The position numbers and the translations under genes are program-made. Shown here one piece after another: positions 49,288-58,646 of a stretch of DNA of 64,000 bases. The DNA is from Myxococcota bacterium. Lineage in GTDB: Bacteria; Myxococcota_A; Polyangia; Nannocystales; Nannocystaceae. The stretch spans positions 32,001 to 96,000 of the forward strand of contig JBCCWC010000008.1 in NCBI GenBank assembly GCA_039194325.1, read 5' to 3'. The notes beneath the pieces were generated by a model. It made no database searches and had not been told where the DNA came from. It saw only the letters and a list, made by a program, of their open reading frames with translations. Position 1 is the first letter of the stretch. Each line of letters begins with the position of its first letter.

Positions 49288-50550
49288 TCAGCGATCGTCG
49301 GGGCCCAGACAAGCGCGCTGGCGCCATGCGGGTGCATCGATTTGGAACAGCGGGGCCTGAGGGTCCCGTAAAGCGGACTCCAGGGCGGCTGCCCGGCGCT
49401 GGTGCTGGTATCCTTGCGCGAGCACCTCGGGTAGGCACGAGGGGCCTATGGGACGGCCCACCAAGTAGCGTTGGCCGTGGGTGAAGCGCTCGGCGTGCTT
49501 CGACCACCAGTCCCGCACTCGCTCGACGTCGGGCCACTCAAGATCTTCGTGTGCTGGCAACTCGACCTCTTCGTCATCGGGATCGTCGGTTGGGCCGGAC
49601 TCGGCCCCGGCCGGGCTATTGCCCACGAGGCCGTCGCGATCGTGGTCGGCTCCGGTGATCATGCAAAATGCCATGAAGGCGGCTTTGCCCTGTTCGGGAT
49701 CTTCCATGTCCTGCATGAGCTGCGGGACGGCCCGCGGATCGCCGACTGCCGCCGTGGCGACGTGGCGCGCGGAGGGCTCGGTGAAGCGCTCGACGAGCGC
49801 GTGGGGCGGGGGGCCGGAGCGGGGGGCATTCAAGTTCGCCCGGACGGCGAAGTCGACCCACGCGTCCTCGGCCAGCTCGTCGTGCCGCAGCAACAGCTCG
49901 AGCAGCCGCCTCTCAGCGCCCGGAAGGCCCAAGAGCACCGCGGCGGCCAGGCTCAGACGCGTGATGACGTCGTTGCGCTCGGCGGTGGCTTGGCACAGGT
50001 GGACGACCTGGGGCTTATAGTCATGGCGCCGAAATGCGCCCACCGAGCATAGGGCCGGGCCGAGCAGCAACGGGTCGGACGAGGGAAACACGCGCTGGTA
50101 CGCGAGCTCGTAGACTCGCCCGTGGCCACTGGCCGCGACCAGCCCCGCGCCGACGAGCGCCGGCTCGTCTCGGCGCAACAGAGCCTCAATAACGGGCTGG
50201 ATCTGGGTCCACGGTCGCCACGTCGCCATACCGCCGATCCCATCGCGGACCACCTCGGCATCCATCCCGCTCTCGAGTAGCTCCAACGATGCGGCGATCG
50301 GGTCGTCGTGTACGAAGCCGAACGAAAAGGCGTCCTCGGCGTACTCGAAGCTCAGCTCATCCCTGGCCAGCGGTAGGGCGGCACAGCCGGCCGCGAGCAG
50401 GCCGTCGACGTGCGCGTCGACCCGCTCGTCGAGCTGCTCGAGATCTCCCAGGTCGTAGTTTCGCGACCGCGCGGCCTGGCACCGTCGAGCCCACAGGTAT
50501 CCCGCCTGCTCGATGTGCTGCGAGACAACCGATGGGATGATCTGTGCCAT
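49288..50550 (-). CDS. TIGR02270-family HEAT-like protein (T6SS effector cassette)
   Basis: QHIEQAGYLW..R, LDERVDAHVDGL, VGDP.AVP.L, AFCMITG, LEWPD..WW, RYLVG, QRRAAALE. Confidence 0.8.
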   Translation of the reverse strand: MAQIIPSVVSQHIEQAGYLWARRCQAARSRNYDLGDLEQLDERVDAHVDGLLAAGCAALPLARDELSFEYAEDAFSFGFVHDDPIAASLELLESGMDAEVVRDGIGGMATWRPWTQIQPVIEALLRRDEPALVGAGLVAASGHGRVYELAYQRVFPSSDPLLLGPALCSVGAFRRHDYKPQVVHLCQATAERNDVITRLSLAAAVLLGLPGAERRLLELLLRHDELAEDAWVDFAVRANLNAPRSGPPPHALVERFTEPSARHVATAAVGDPRAVPQLMQDMEDPEQGKAAFMAFCMITGADHDRDGLVGNSPAGAESGPTDDPDDEEVELPAHEDLEWPDVERVRDWWSKHAERFTHGQRYLVGRPIGPSCLPEVLAQGYQHQRRAAALESALRDPQAPLFQIDAPAWRQRACLGPDDR

Positions 50551-51278
50551 CAGGCCGCTCCCAGCAACAACCGCTGCAACCTTTCCCAGGCCGGGTAGGG
50601 ATCGGACTCGCCCGAATCGTAGTCGAGCACTTTGGCCGGCAGCAGCTCCTGAGCGCCGGGCAGGGGGCGGCCGCGGACCTCGCGCTCTACCTCTTTGGCC
50701 AAGATGTGATCGAAGTGTTCCTCGCTGAGATAGCGCCGTGCCTGCAGACGCCCGATCCGGCTGGAGTAGTCGTTGCCATAGGTGATGTAGTCCTCGCTCA
50801 GCACCACCTCACGCGCCAGCAGCTCCCCCGACACGAGCACGTTCTTTGCCGATAGCCGACCACCGACGCCCACCATGGAGTAGTATGCCCGATCTTCGAC
50901 AAGGTTGCCCGTGATCTCCAGATCACCCGTAACGACGACGATGGCATTGTCCGGCAGCCGTAGATTTCCAGCGACGCGGACATTACCGGCCAAGTAGCGC
51001 ACCTCTTCGTCCTCCAGCGGGTCTCCGAACTCGCACGCTCGTTGGGCGGGCCAGGCCCTCGCGACGAGCCAAAGAGCGCCATAGCGATACGCCTCGCTCA
51101 TACCCTGCAAGGTCTCGCCAAACAGGTCTTCGGGATCTCCCGATGATCCGCCGAGGTAGCCATGCAGCACCTCGATCTCAGCGCCAGAAAAGAGCGGATC
51201 GCGCTCGAGCTCTTGGCCCTGGGAGTCCATCACCGCGAGCAGGGCCGACATGTCCAGCGGCTCAGTCATCGTCGACAT
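50550..51278 (-). CDS. Hypothetical protein with a beta-helix-like C-terminus (candidate immunity)
   Basis: GNVRVAGNL..VVTGDLEITGNL..VGGRLSAKNV repeats; lies downstream of the toxin gene. Confidence 0.55.
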   Translation of the reverse strand: MSTMTEPLDMSALLAVMDSQGQELERDPLFSGAEIEVLHGYLGGSSGDPEDLFGETLQGMSEAYRYGALWLVARAWPAQRACEFGDPLEDEEVRYLAGNVRVAGNLRLPDNAIVVVTGDLEITGNLVEDRAYYSMVGVGGRLSAKNVLVSGELLAREVVLSEDYITYGNDYSSRIGRLQARRYLSEEHFDHILAKEVEREVRGRPLPGAQELLPAKVLDYDSGESDPYPAWERLQRLLLGAA

Positions 51279-52203
51279 CTCGCTCCCCTTGGCTCGAGGG
51301 GAAGGAGATAACCTCCCAATTCTTGGAGTCGAACCGGTAGACGGTGGGTGTCATGGTCGTGATCCATAGCTCTTGCTCGCTGGCCGACATTTTGTAGTAG
51401 GTTCTCGGGCACTCTGCGTCGATCTCGGGCTCGACGGGCATCAGCTGGTCTTGATCGAGACGCCACAGCCCCCCGCTGGAGCACACGTAAAGAGCTCCCG
51501 CAAACCATGCCATGGAGTAGAGCAGCTCCTCGGACTGCTCCAGCCCCAGGTATTGCCACCCAGCGCGCCGATTGCCACGAAAGAGGTTGCCGTTGGCGCC
51601 GCAGAGGTAGACTTCATCGCGTGAGCGGCACATCACCCGATAGAGCACGGTGTCGGTGGGTGGCTCGAGCAGCGCCCAGCGCCGACCGTCGAAGTGAGCG
51701 ATGGCCCCGTTCCAGCCAACGCAGTAGACGTCGTCGAAGGCGCTACCGTCGATGTCGCAGAAGCTGCGCTCGACGAGCCCCTCGGGCGAGTCTTGGAAGA
51801 TCCCTTGGTCGTAGTGCTGCCACCCCTTGTCGGTACGCACAAACACCGAGTGCTGGCCTCCACAGGCGAGCAGGCGCCCTCCCAGGCGGCGCATGGAGTG
51901 GACGAAGCCATTGAACGCGATGGGAAGGTCTTCGTCGGCCAGCCCCGAGTCGTCGAAACGCCACGCGGTGCCGTAGCGATCGAGGATCCAGACCGCCCGC
52001 TGGGGGTGGGTTTCGAAGCGCAGGCAGTGCGCAATGCCGGGGAGGTCATCGATGATGTACCACTCTCCGTTGTCGTACTTGAGGGCCCGCGTGACCTTCT
52101 CGTCAGTCTGATCGAGCACGTAGAAATGGGCGGTCAAGAACGCCACCCCGGGCTCGGCCGCCGCGACCTCGGCGAAGTAGAAGGGGGACTCGAGCGTCTC
52201 CAT
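51262..52203 (-). CDS. Beta-propeller protein (candidate immunity)
   Basis: Repeats such as IDGSAFDDVYCVGWNGAIAHFDGRRW and DEVYLCGANGNLFRGN..GW; first gene after the toxin. Confidence 0.65.
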   Translation of the reverse strand: METLESPFYFAEVAAAEPGVAFLTAHFYVLDQTDEKVTRALKYDNGEWYIIDDLPGIAHCLRFETHPQRAVWILDRYGTAWRFDDSGLADEDLPIAFNGFVHSMRRLGGRLLACGGQHSVFVRTDKGWQHYDQGIFQDSPEGLVERSFCDIDGSAFDDVYCVGWNGAIAHFDGRRWALLEPPTDTVLYRVMCRSRDEVYLCGANGNLFRGNRRAGWQYLGLEQSEELLYSMAWFAGALYVCSSGGLWRLDQDQLMPVEPEIDAECPRTYYKMSASEQELWITTMTPTVYRFDSKNWEVISFPSSQGERDVDDD

Positions 52204-52212
52204 GGGACGGCC

Positions 52213-53172
52213 TCAGGGGGCGGAGAGCGTCTTGAGCAGCTTGGAGGTGGAGATCGAAGCGTTGTCGATCATCTGCTTGGCCGAGTCGGATACGCGCTTG
52301 CCACGGTAGCCGGAGGTCCGCAATGCATCGCTATCCTTCACGCCAACGTCGTCCTGCTTGTAGTAGTTGTCGAGCTGGTGTTCGACGCACTTGCGCTCCT
52401 TTTTGGTGAGGGGCTTGCCCCCATTGACCCCCTTGCCAGAGTTGGCCGCGACCTTGCGAGCGTCGGCGTAGGTCATGGTCTTGCCGCGCTTGTGGCATGC
52501 TGCCTCGAAGGGATCGAAGACCTCGTGGCAGCTGGCGTGCGTGCCCATGTGCTGGCTACGACCGCTGGCCACGAAGGTGGGGGCCTTGCTGTGGCTGTAG
52601 CCCGATTGGTTCTTCATGCAGCGACCCGGGATCGCGTGGTGGCCAGTGTCGGGGCTGCTGACCTTGTTGTAAGGCTTCATGTTCAAGGCCGGATCGACCC
52701 CCTTGCAGGGACCATCGGCCGGGTTCCCGCTGGCGTCGAAGTTCATCGTCGACACAAAGGGCCACGGCACGCTGTCGTTGCGCGGGTACGACGCGCCGTT
52801 GGTCTGCATGAGATCGAGGTTGCGGCAGACTCCCTTGCCCTCGAACTTGACGTCCATCGACCACAAGGTGAAGTAGGCCTTCCCCTTGGTCTTGCTGTTC
52901 ATCACCCCGCCGCCCTGGGTTCCCGCCTCGTCCCCCGTGCTGGTGGAGAGATACGAGCTGTCCTCGAGAGCGGCCGGCTTGCCGTCGACCAAGACGTCCT
53001 TGCTGCCCTTGGTCAGATCACTGGCCATCGCCGTGTTGGGGTAGGGCACGGGTAGGGGCCCTGCCGGCGGTGGTGGTGGTGTCAGGCACACGTCGGGCAT
53101 GGACGCGATGGCCTTGCCCGAGCTGGCCTGCGAGCAGATCGACTGCTTGTTGGCGAAGACCGTATCACCCAC
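52213..53172 (-). CDS. PAAR-like (DUF4150) domain fused to a GHH2-type HNH/EndoVII nuclease toxin
   Basis: PDVCLTP..PLPVPYPN, STGDEAGT.GG, WSMDVKFEGKGVCR..D; toxin motif TGHHAIP..AP..G.H...H. Confidence 0.85.
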   Translation of the reverse strand: MGDTVFANKQSICSQASSGKAIASMPDVCLTPPPPPAGPLPVPYPNTAMASDLTKGSKDVLVDGKPAALEDSSYLSTSTGDEAGTQGGGVMNSKTKGKAYFTLWSMDVKFEGKGVCRNLDLMQTNGASYPRNDSVPWPFVSTMNFDASGNPADGPCKGVDPALNMKPYNKVSSPDTGHHAIPGRCMKNQSGYSHSKAPTFVASGRSQHMGTHASCHEVFDPFEAACHKRGKTMTYADARKVAANSGKGVNGGKPLTKKERKCVEHQLDNYYKQDDVGVKDSDALRTSGYRGKRVSDSAKQMIDNASISTSKLLKTLSAP

Positions 53173-54202
53173 GATCGACCCTCCCGAAGCGTCGAATCAA
53201 CGCACACCCTCGTAGGTCGTCGTCCGAGGTGCTCATGAGCATGGCGACAGGGCCCGGGGCATAGCCGTGCCGGTGGGCGCGGTCGACGACCGTGAGCAAC
53301 GCAGGCACAGAGGCCGCGCCTATCTCGCCGATGCAGTCGGCCAGGTACCACAAGGGAAAGGTGGTCCTCCGCTCACGCACCACACGAGCGATCGCGTACG
53401 AGTGCTCGACGAAGAAGTATCGCTCGCCGTTGAGGTCGGTCAGCCGAAGATCGATGTCGGCCATCGCCAGGTTCCGCGACTGCAAGCAGGCCCGGATCGC
53501 CGAGGCGAGGCCGGTGCCGACCGAGGGGTCCTCGGCGTCGACCGTACGTGGCTCGCGGGCGCTGGCCAGGCCCTCGACCGTCGAGCCCACCGAGACCCCC
53601 GCCGGCGATCGGCGGGTCAGGACGACAGCCGCGGCGGCCTCGCCCGGGATGAACCCATCGGTGTTGTTCTCGGTCTTGAGCCGGCGCTGCTGGTCGAAGT
53701 GCTGCAGGGTGGCCATCGACAGGAAGCTGTCGACACCGCAGACGACGCAGGCACGGAGCGAGGGATCCTGGAGGATCTCGCTGGCCGAGATCAACGCCCG
53801 AAAGCCAGCCCCTCGACCGCCTCGGATCAACCGGCGCAGTCGGGGATGGAAGCGCACTCCGAGCGCCGCCTCCACGGGGACGAGCAGATTCTCTTCGAAG
53901 GCAGCAGGTAGGCCAGGGCGGTCGTGCTCACCGAGCGCGACCACGATGGCGATGTCTTCGATCGGTCGTGAGACGGCCAGTAGCGCCTCGCGGAGGGTGT
54001 GTACCAGCATGCGGACGAAGTGTACGGACCCCTCGGGTGCTCGGCCCTGGTCCCATGGGATCGGTGCCCCGGTGATCGGCTCGTCATCCATGTCGCGAAA
54101 AGGGACGGGCATCAGGCCGGCAATCCCCGACCGGATGCCTGCACATGCGTTGTCCCGATCGAGACCGACCGCGCACAGCAGACCTGTACTTGCGATGTAC
54201 AC
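53165..54202 (-). CDS. Thiolase/3-oxoacyl-ACP-synthase-like T6SS accessory protein (PRK06147-like)
   Basis: CAVGL..CAGIRSG, CGVDSFL, RLKTENNTDGFIPGEAAA, DLNGERY, GEIGAA. GTG start at 54202 after GAGGAG. Confidence 0.85.
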   Translation of the reverse strand: MYIASTGLLCAVGLDRDNACAGIRSGIAGLMPVPFRDMDDEPITGAPIPWDQGRAPEGSVHFVRMLVHTLREALLAVSRPIEDIAIVVALGEHDRPGLPAAFEENLLVPVEAALGVRFHPRLRRLIRGGRGAGFRALISASEILQDPSLRACVVCGVDSFLSMATLQHFDQQRRLKTENNTDGFIPGEAAAAVVLTRRSPAGVSVGSTVEGLASAREPRTVDAEDPSVGTGLASAIRACLQSRNLAMADIDLRLTDLNGERYFFVEHSYAIARVVRERRTTFPLWYLADCIGEIGAASVPALLTVVDRAHRHGYAPGPVAMLMSTSDDDLRGCALIRRFGRVDRG

Positions 54203-54209
54203 CGAGATC

Positions 54210-55289
54210 TTACTCCTCGCGACTGTCCTCGGGCGGGAACGTGGAGCGCCAGTCCACGTAGACCTTGCTCTGCGCCACCGCCTTGTGAAACGCCGGCGTG
54301 GGGACACCCAGGCGAATACGGTGCGTCTCGACCGACTTCCAGGTGCAGCGCAGGGTGCAGCGATAGGTCGCGATAATCCGGTCCTCGTCGGGCTCGATCA
54401 CGAGGGTATCGAGCCGGCTCTCGCCGATGGTCTCGCCCCCCCGGTGCTCGACGACCACCGGCAGCTCTAGTCGCGGAATCTCGAAGTCGAAGCGCCCTTT
54501 GGGGCTGGCGTTGATGACGACCCCACGCTCTCCGCCACGGGGAAAGTCGATCTGCTGGTCCGGCGGAGCACCCTGATAGTACCGAAGGTCGAAGTCGACG
54601 GGAAGCTGAGGGTAGCGGGTTTCCTTCCACAGGTCGTCGTAGGTGCCGGCTAGCGCGAGGCGGGGCTGCCAACCCCGCCCCACGAAGCCATAGCCCACCG
54701 GGCTGGGCCTACTCGCCGAAGAGGCGAGCAGGCCATCGAGTCGCTCGAGGTTCGGCACCGGTAGCCCTGCGACCAGGCCGTCGGGCCCTATACCGACCAG
54801 GCCACAACCGATGGGATTGCGAGCCTCGTAGGCCTTGCCATCATCGCTCATTCCGCCGAATGCTCGTTCCCAGCGCAGGGGGATGGAGACGAACGGTTTG
54901 GGGTCCGAAGGGGAGAAGACACCAAAACCTCGGGCTGCCCAGACTCGATCGCCGGTCACCATTACTGTCTTGTCGATCGAGCCAAAGCGCAGGTGCACGG
55001 GAGATGAGGTCACGGGGCGACCCCCGGGGGCATGAGCGTGCCCATTGAGCACTACGTCGCAGCGGGTCTTGGTGAGCGAGAAATCGTGCTCGTAGCGCAC
55101 CGAGGACGACTCGGGATCGCCCCAGTGTACATCACAGGTGCAAAGCTCCACCTGTTGGCTCGCTCGCTTGGGGCCGTGGCCACTCATGGCGAACGTTCCC
55201 TTGGTCACCACGACCACATGCTCGCAAGCCTCGGCGTCCGGTACGATTGTGGCGAGGCTGGGCAGCCCGCAGAAATTGAGGATCTTCAC
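54210..55289 (-). CDS. DUF2169 T6SS effector adaptor
   Basis: VVTKGTF, D.HWGDP..SSVRYEHDF..K..CDVVLNGHA, PLRWERAFGG, NPIGCG, WQPRL..AGTYD..W, AP.DQQ, LDTLVIEPD. Confidence 0.9.
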   Translation of the reverse strand: MKILNFCGLPSLATIVPDAEACEHVVVVTKGTFAMSGHGPKRASQQVELCTCDVHWGDPESSSVRYEHDFSLTKTRCDVVLNGHAHAPGGRPVTSSPVHLRFGSIDKTVMVTGDRVWAARGFGVFSPSDPKPFVSIPLRWERAFGGMSDDGKAYEARNPIGCGLVGIGPDGLVAGLPVPNLERLDGLLASSASRPSPVGYGFVGRGWQPRLALAGTYDDLWKETRYPQLPVDFDLRYYQGAPPDQQIDFPRGGERGVVINASPKGRFDFEIPRLELPVVVEHRGGETIGESRLDTLVIEPDEDRIIATYRCTLRCTWKSVETHRIRLGVPTPAFHKAVAQSKVYVDWRSTFPPEDSREE

Positions 55290-55391
55290 GAGAATGAGCG
55301 AAGCTGATGCGAACTCGGGGTGTCGAGCCGGTTTGATGAGTCGACCGCGGGCCGTAGCGGACCCGTCGCTCCCCAGAGCGTGGCGAGGTGG

Positions 55392-55856
55392 TCAATTGAT
55401 CTGTACCGAGCCTCCCTTGATGCGGTGGGTGCCCGCGGCTCGGGTCGATATGTAGCGACCGTGGGTGAGTACCTTGCCGGCACGAGTGAGAACCAGCGTT
55501 GCCTTGCCGCAGCGCAGCTCGAGACGCTGATTGGCCTGCAGGATCAGGGTGTCTCCGTCGACGAGCACTCGAGCGCGGTCCGGGCTAGCGGCGGGATCGA
55601 GGAGTTTCCCGAGGATGATCGGTCGGTCGATGCGCCCTGACTGGAACGTGAGGACGAGTTCGCAGCCGATGTCCGCAGGCGTGAGAGCGATCGTCGTTCG
55701 GGCGGGGGTTAGCGTGGTCGCCCCCTCGGGATATTGTACGAGAGGAACCCCATCACCACGGAGTGCCCTGAGCCAGCCAATCTCGGTACTGGCCGCACGG
55801 AGCGTCGAATTCGGGAGAATTTCGACCGTCTTACTTGCGGGGTGCGAGACCGACAT
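55392..55856 (-). CDS. DUF6484-like protein with a VgrG/gp5 C-terminal-like beta-strand tail
   Basis: LTFQSG..RPIILG; LELRCGKATLVLTRAGKV..G..I..RA.G.HRIKGGSVQIN. Confidence 0.75.
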   Translation of the reverse strand: MSVSHPASKTVEILPNSTLRAASTEIGWLRALRGDGVPLVQYPEGATTLTPARTTIALTPADIGCELVLTFQSGRIDRPIILGKLLDPAASPDRARVLVDGDTLILQANQRLELRCGKATLVLTRAGKVLTHGRYISTRAAGTHRIKGGSVQIN

Positions 55857-55862
55857 GAGCTT

Positions 55863-55891
55863 ATCATTGGCTACTGAGTATCGATTGTCAA
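55863..55891 (-). promoter_or_regulatory. Putative sigma-70 promoter of the toxin cassette
   Basis: Minus strand reads TTGACA-N17-AATGAT-N6-ATG(55856); lies in an AT-rich region. Confidence 0.55.
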
Positions 55892-56569
55892 GGGTGTAAT
55901 GAAGGGAGGGCTTTCCTGACGTACCGCTAGCGTTATGTTATGGTGGCGCTTCGGATCAGATGCTCGTCTACCGGCTCGATCGAAAAAGCCGAACTCTGGA
56001 GACGACGCCATCTCCGGCGCAATTCCTATCATATTGGCCTCAAGCTTTCCTCAATGAGACAGTGAATCCAACGACGACATCAGTGCAATATCGCATCGTC
56101 ATAATAAGTCATCACTCTTCGCGTAAGTCTCATATGCAATGATCGCCACAACCATGCATACCGCAAGCAACTGCTCATCATAGAATGAGGGGCACAACAT
56201 GCGCGAACACGCGACTCTCTTAGACCGAGCGCGACACCGACCGAAGATGATGATGAGGACGGTGCTCGCGAGATCGCCAACGACCTCCTTCCCCGGTGCG
56301 GACATAGCCCCTCAGACGCTCCCCAGAGACCTCGCGGCGGTTGCGCAAGCGCTGAGCTCGCGATATCGCACCTCATGGGTCAGGCAAAAGCAGGTGGTGG
56401 CCCCCTCGTCAACGGGCTGCGACCCCCCCCGCGCACGGGGGCCCTCACGTTCACGCGGGAGCCAAACGCCGTTTTCCCCGTGGCGCCCGGAAGGGCAGGC
56501 TCCCTACCATCGCCCTGCTCTTCCCCCAAGAGCGTTCCCCAAACCCAACGACTCCAAGGACCACGCATC

Positions 56570-57199
56570 ATGGCCATCCGACTGGGCGACACCGCCCCCG
56601 ATTTCACCGCCGAGACCACCGAGGGCACGATCACGTTTCACGAGTACCTCGGCGACTCGTGGGGGATCTTGTTCTCACACCCCAAGGACTTCACCCCCGT
56701 GTGCACGACCGAGCTGGGCCAGGTGGCCAAGCTCAAGGACGAGTTCACCAAGCGCAACGTCAAGGTCGTGGGGCTGAGCGTCGACCCGGTGGAGGATCAC
56801 CGCAAGTGGGCGAGCGATATCGAAGAGACCCAGGGCGCCGCGCTCAACTACCCGCTCATCGGCGATCCAGACCGCAAGATCTCCGACGCCTACGACATGA
56901 TCCACCCCAACGCGAACAACACGCTGACGGTACGCTCGGTGTTCATCATCGGACCCGACAAGAAGGTCAAGCTCACCCTGACCTATCCGGCGAGCACGGG
57001 GCGCAACTTCGACGAGATCCTCCGGGTGGTGGACTCCCTGCAGCTGACGGCCAAGCACAGCGTGGCCACCCCGGTCAACTGGAAGCACGGCGAAGACGTG
57101 ATCATCGCGCCCAGCGTCTCGGACGAGCAGGCCAAGGAGCGCTTTGCTGGGTACAAGACGATCAAGCCCTACCTGCGCGTGACCAAGCAGCCCGAGTAG
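56570..57199 (+). CDS. 1-Cys peroxiredoxin (Prx6 type)
   Basis: LGDTAPDF, FSHPKDFTPVCTTEL, YPASTGRNFDEILRVVDSLQ, ATPVNW, KPYLR. Confidence 0.95.
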   Translation: MAIRLGDTAPDFTAETTEGTITFHEYLGDSWGILFSHPKDFTPVCTTELGQVAKLKDEFTKRNVKVVGLSVDPVEDHRKWASDIEETQGAALNYPLIGDPDRKISDAYDMIHPNANNTLTVRSVFIIGPDKKVKLTLTYPASTGRNFDEILRVVDSLQLTAKHSVATPVNWKHGEDVIIAPSVSDEQAKERFAGYKTIKPYLRVTKQPE

Positions 57200-57226
57200 G
57201 CCCGGGCGATCCCTGACGGCAAAAGC

Positions 57227-57256
57227 GGCCGCTCCTGTCCGGGAGCGGCCCTTTTC
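57227..57256 (+). terminator. Rho-independent terminator after the peroxiredoxin gene
   Basis: GGCCGCTCC-TGTCCG-GGAGCGGCC-CTTTTC; AAAA upstream suggests bidirectional use. Confidence 0.8.
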
Positions 57257-57409
57257 GTTCGAAGCGCCTCGTGCCCGCGGCCTCTGGTCAGAGCACAGTG
57301 CAAGGTGTTGATGCTGCTGGGCGGGGTCGGCAGCGTGGTGCTCGGACGGCTATCGGTCGCGACAGCCGTCGCGCATCCCCACCCAGCCTCGGCAAAAATA
57401 ATCCCCGAA

Positions 57410-58543
57410 TCAGCCGGCCTTCTTGGGAACGGCCACCTCGGCCCACAGCAGCAGGTGGTCGCTGACGTCGCGCTCGGTCCCGCTGTCGACGGGCACGGAG
57501 GGCCAGGGGGTCTTGGGCCCGTCCTTCTCGCCGCGCACGATCTTGTCCTCGGCCGCGGCCTCGGCCCCCTTGAGCTCCATGTTGCACACGATGATCCGAT
57601 CCATGGGATCGCCATCCTGCACGGTGGTGAGCTGCGCGAGGGTCTCGGTGGCGGAGTCGGTGCACCCCTTTTGGCCGGTGAGCACCTGCGCGGCGCTCTC
57701 CTCGTAGTCGTCGTCGCCGGGGAGGAACTTGGAGGCAACGGTGCCGGCGATCACGACGGGTCGCTTCTTGAGCTCGCGCTTGGCCATGCGGCGGATCGAG
57801 CTGGCCTGGCTGCGGCGCTGCTTGGTCGCGCCCTCGAACTTGCCCTCCTTGAGGTGCACGGCGATGACGGTGATCTCCTGCCCCCCGGGGAGCTCGACCT
57901 CGGCGGCCACGTGCAGCGGGACCTTGACGTCGAAGCGGCGCTCGCCGCTGATGGGGAAGCGGGAGAGGATCGCGACCTGCTGGCCGGAGAAACGATCCTC
58001 GGAGTCGACCCAGGCGTATTGATAGTCGTAGCCGTTCTTGACGGTGATGCTGCTGGTGATGTCACTGAGCTCGCGCTCGCCGCCCAGCTCGGTGAGGACG
58101 ACCACGTCGAGGCGCTCGGCGACCAGGATCTCGACGATCCTGTCCCGCTTCCACTCCCAGGTGTCGTCGTCGGTGGCGACGTTGGGCTTGGCCTTGCCGG
58201 GACGCTTTTGGGGGATCGCGTCGAAGGCCCAGTCGAGGTTGAAGGTACCGACGGCGAACGCTCCCTCGGGCACCTTGGCCCCGGTGGGGGCCGGCTCGCC
58301 GCCGGACTCGGGCTTGGCCTCGCCGCCGGGCTGGGCCTCGCCGCCGGACTCGGGCTTGGCCTCGGACTCGGGCGTGGCCTCGGCCTCGGCCTCGGCCTGC
58401 GGGGCGGCCGCGGTCGACGCGGGAGTCTCGGATGGTGGCGCATTCTTGGGGCCACAGGCGAGCAACCCGAGCAACGAGGCCACTCCCACGGCGGCGGACA
58501 GGTGGAGGGAGCAACGAGGGTTCGACTTTGGTGGGACGATCAT
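57410..58543 (-). CDS. Endonuclease/exonuclease/phosphatase-family lipoprotein
   Basis: Lipobox LLAC; GTFNLDW, LDVVVLTE, AILSRFPI, AVHLK, IAG, MDRI, SDH. Confidence 0.8.
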   Translation of the reverse strand: MIVPPKSNPRCSLHLSAAVGVASLLGLLACGPKNAPPSETPASTAAAPQAEAEAEATPESEAKPESGGEAQPGGEAKPESGGEPAPTGAKVPEGAFAVGTFNLDWAFDAIPQKRPGKAKPNVATDDDTWEWKRDRIVEILVAERLDVVVLTELGGERELSDITSSITVKNGYDYQYAWVDSEDRFSGQQVAILSRFPISGERRFDVKVPLHVAAEVELPGGQEITVIAVHLKEGKFEGATKQRRSQASSIRRMAKRELKKRPVVIAGTVASKFLPGDDDYEESAAQVLTGQKGCTDSATETLAQLTTVQDGDPMDRIIVCNMELKGAEAAAEDKIVRGEKDGPKTPWPSVPVDSGTERDVSDHLLLWAEVAVPKKAG

Positions 58544-58646
58544 GGCGGTGGAGGACGAACCCGCGGCGCCGCGGGCTCGCTGATCGGGATGATAGGCCAT
58601 GACCCGGTCGGTGGGGCAAGGGGCGAAAGCCCGCATACATCTCGGA

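Noticed and set aside
53165..54202. Fatty-acid or polyketide biosynthesis gene
   Set aside because: Its position between DUF2169 and the PAAR-like toxin identifies it as the T6SS accessory thiolase-like family; no ACP or PKS genes are nearby.
55960..56376. Short ORFs in the AT-rich region
   Set aside because: Atypical composition, mutually overlapping and without motifs; most likely non-coding.
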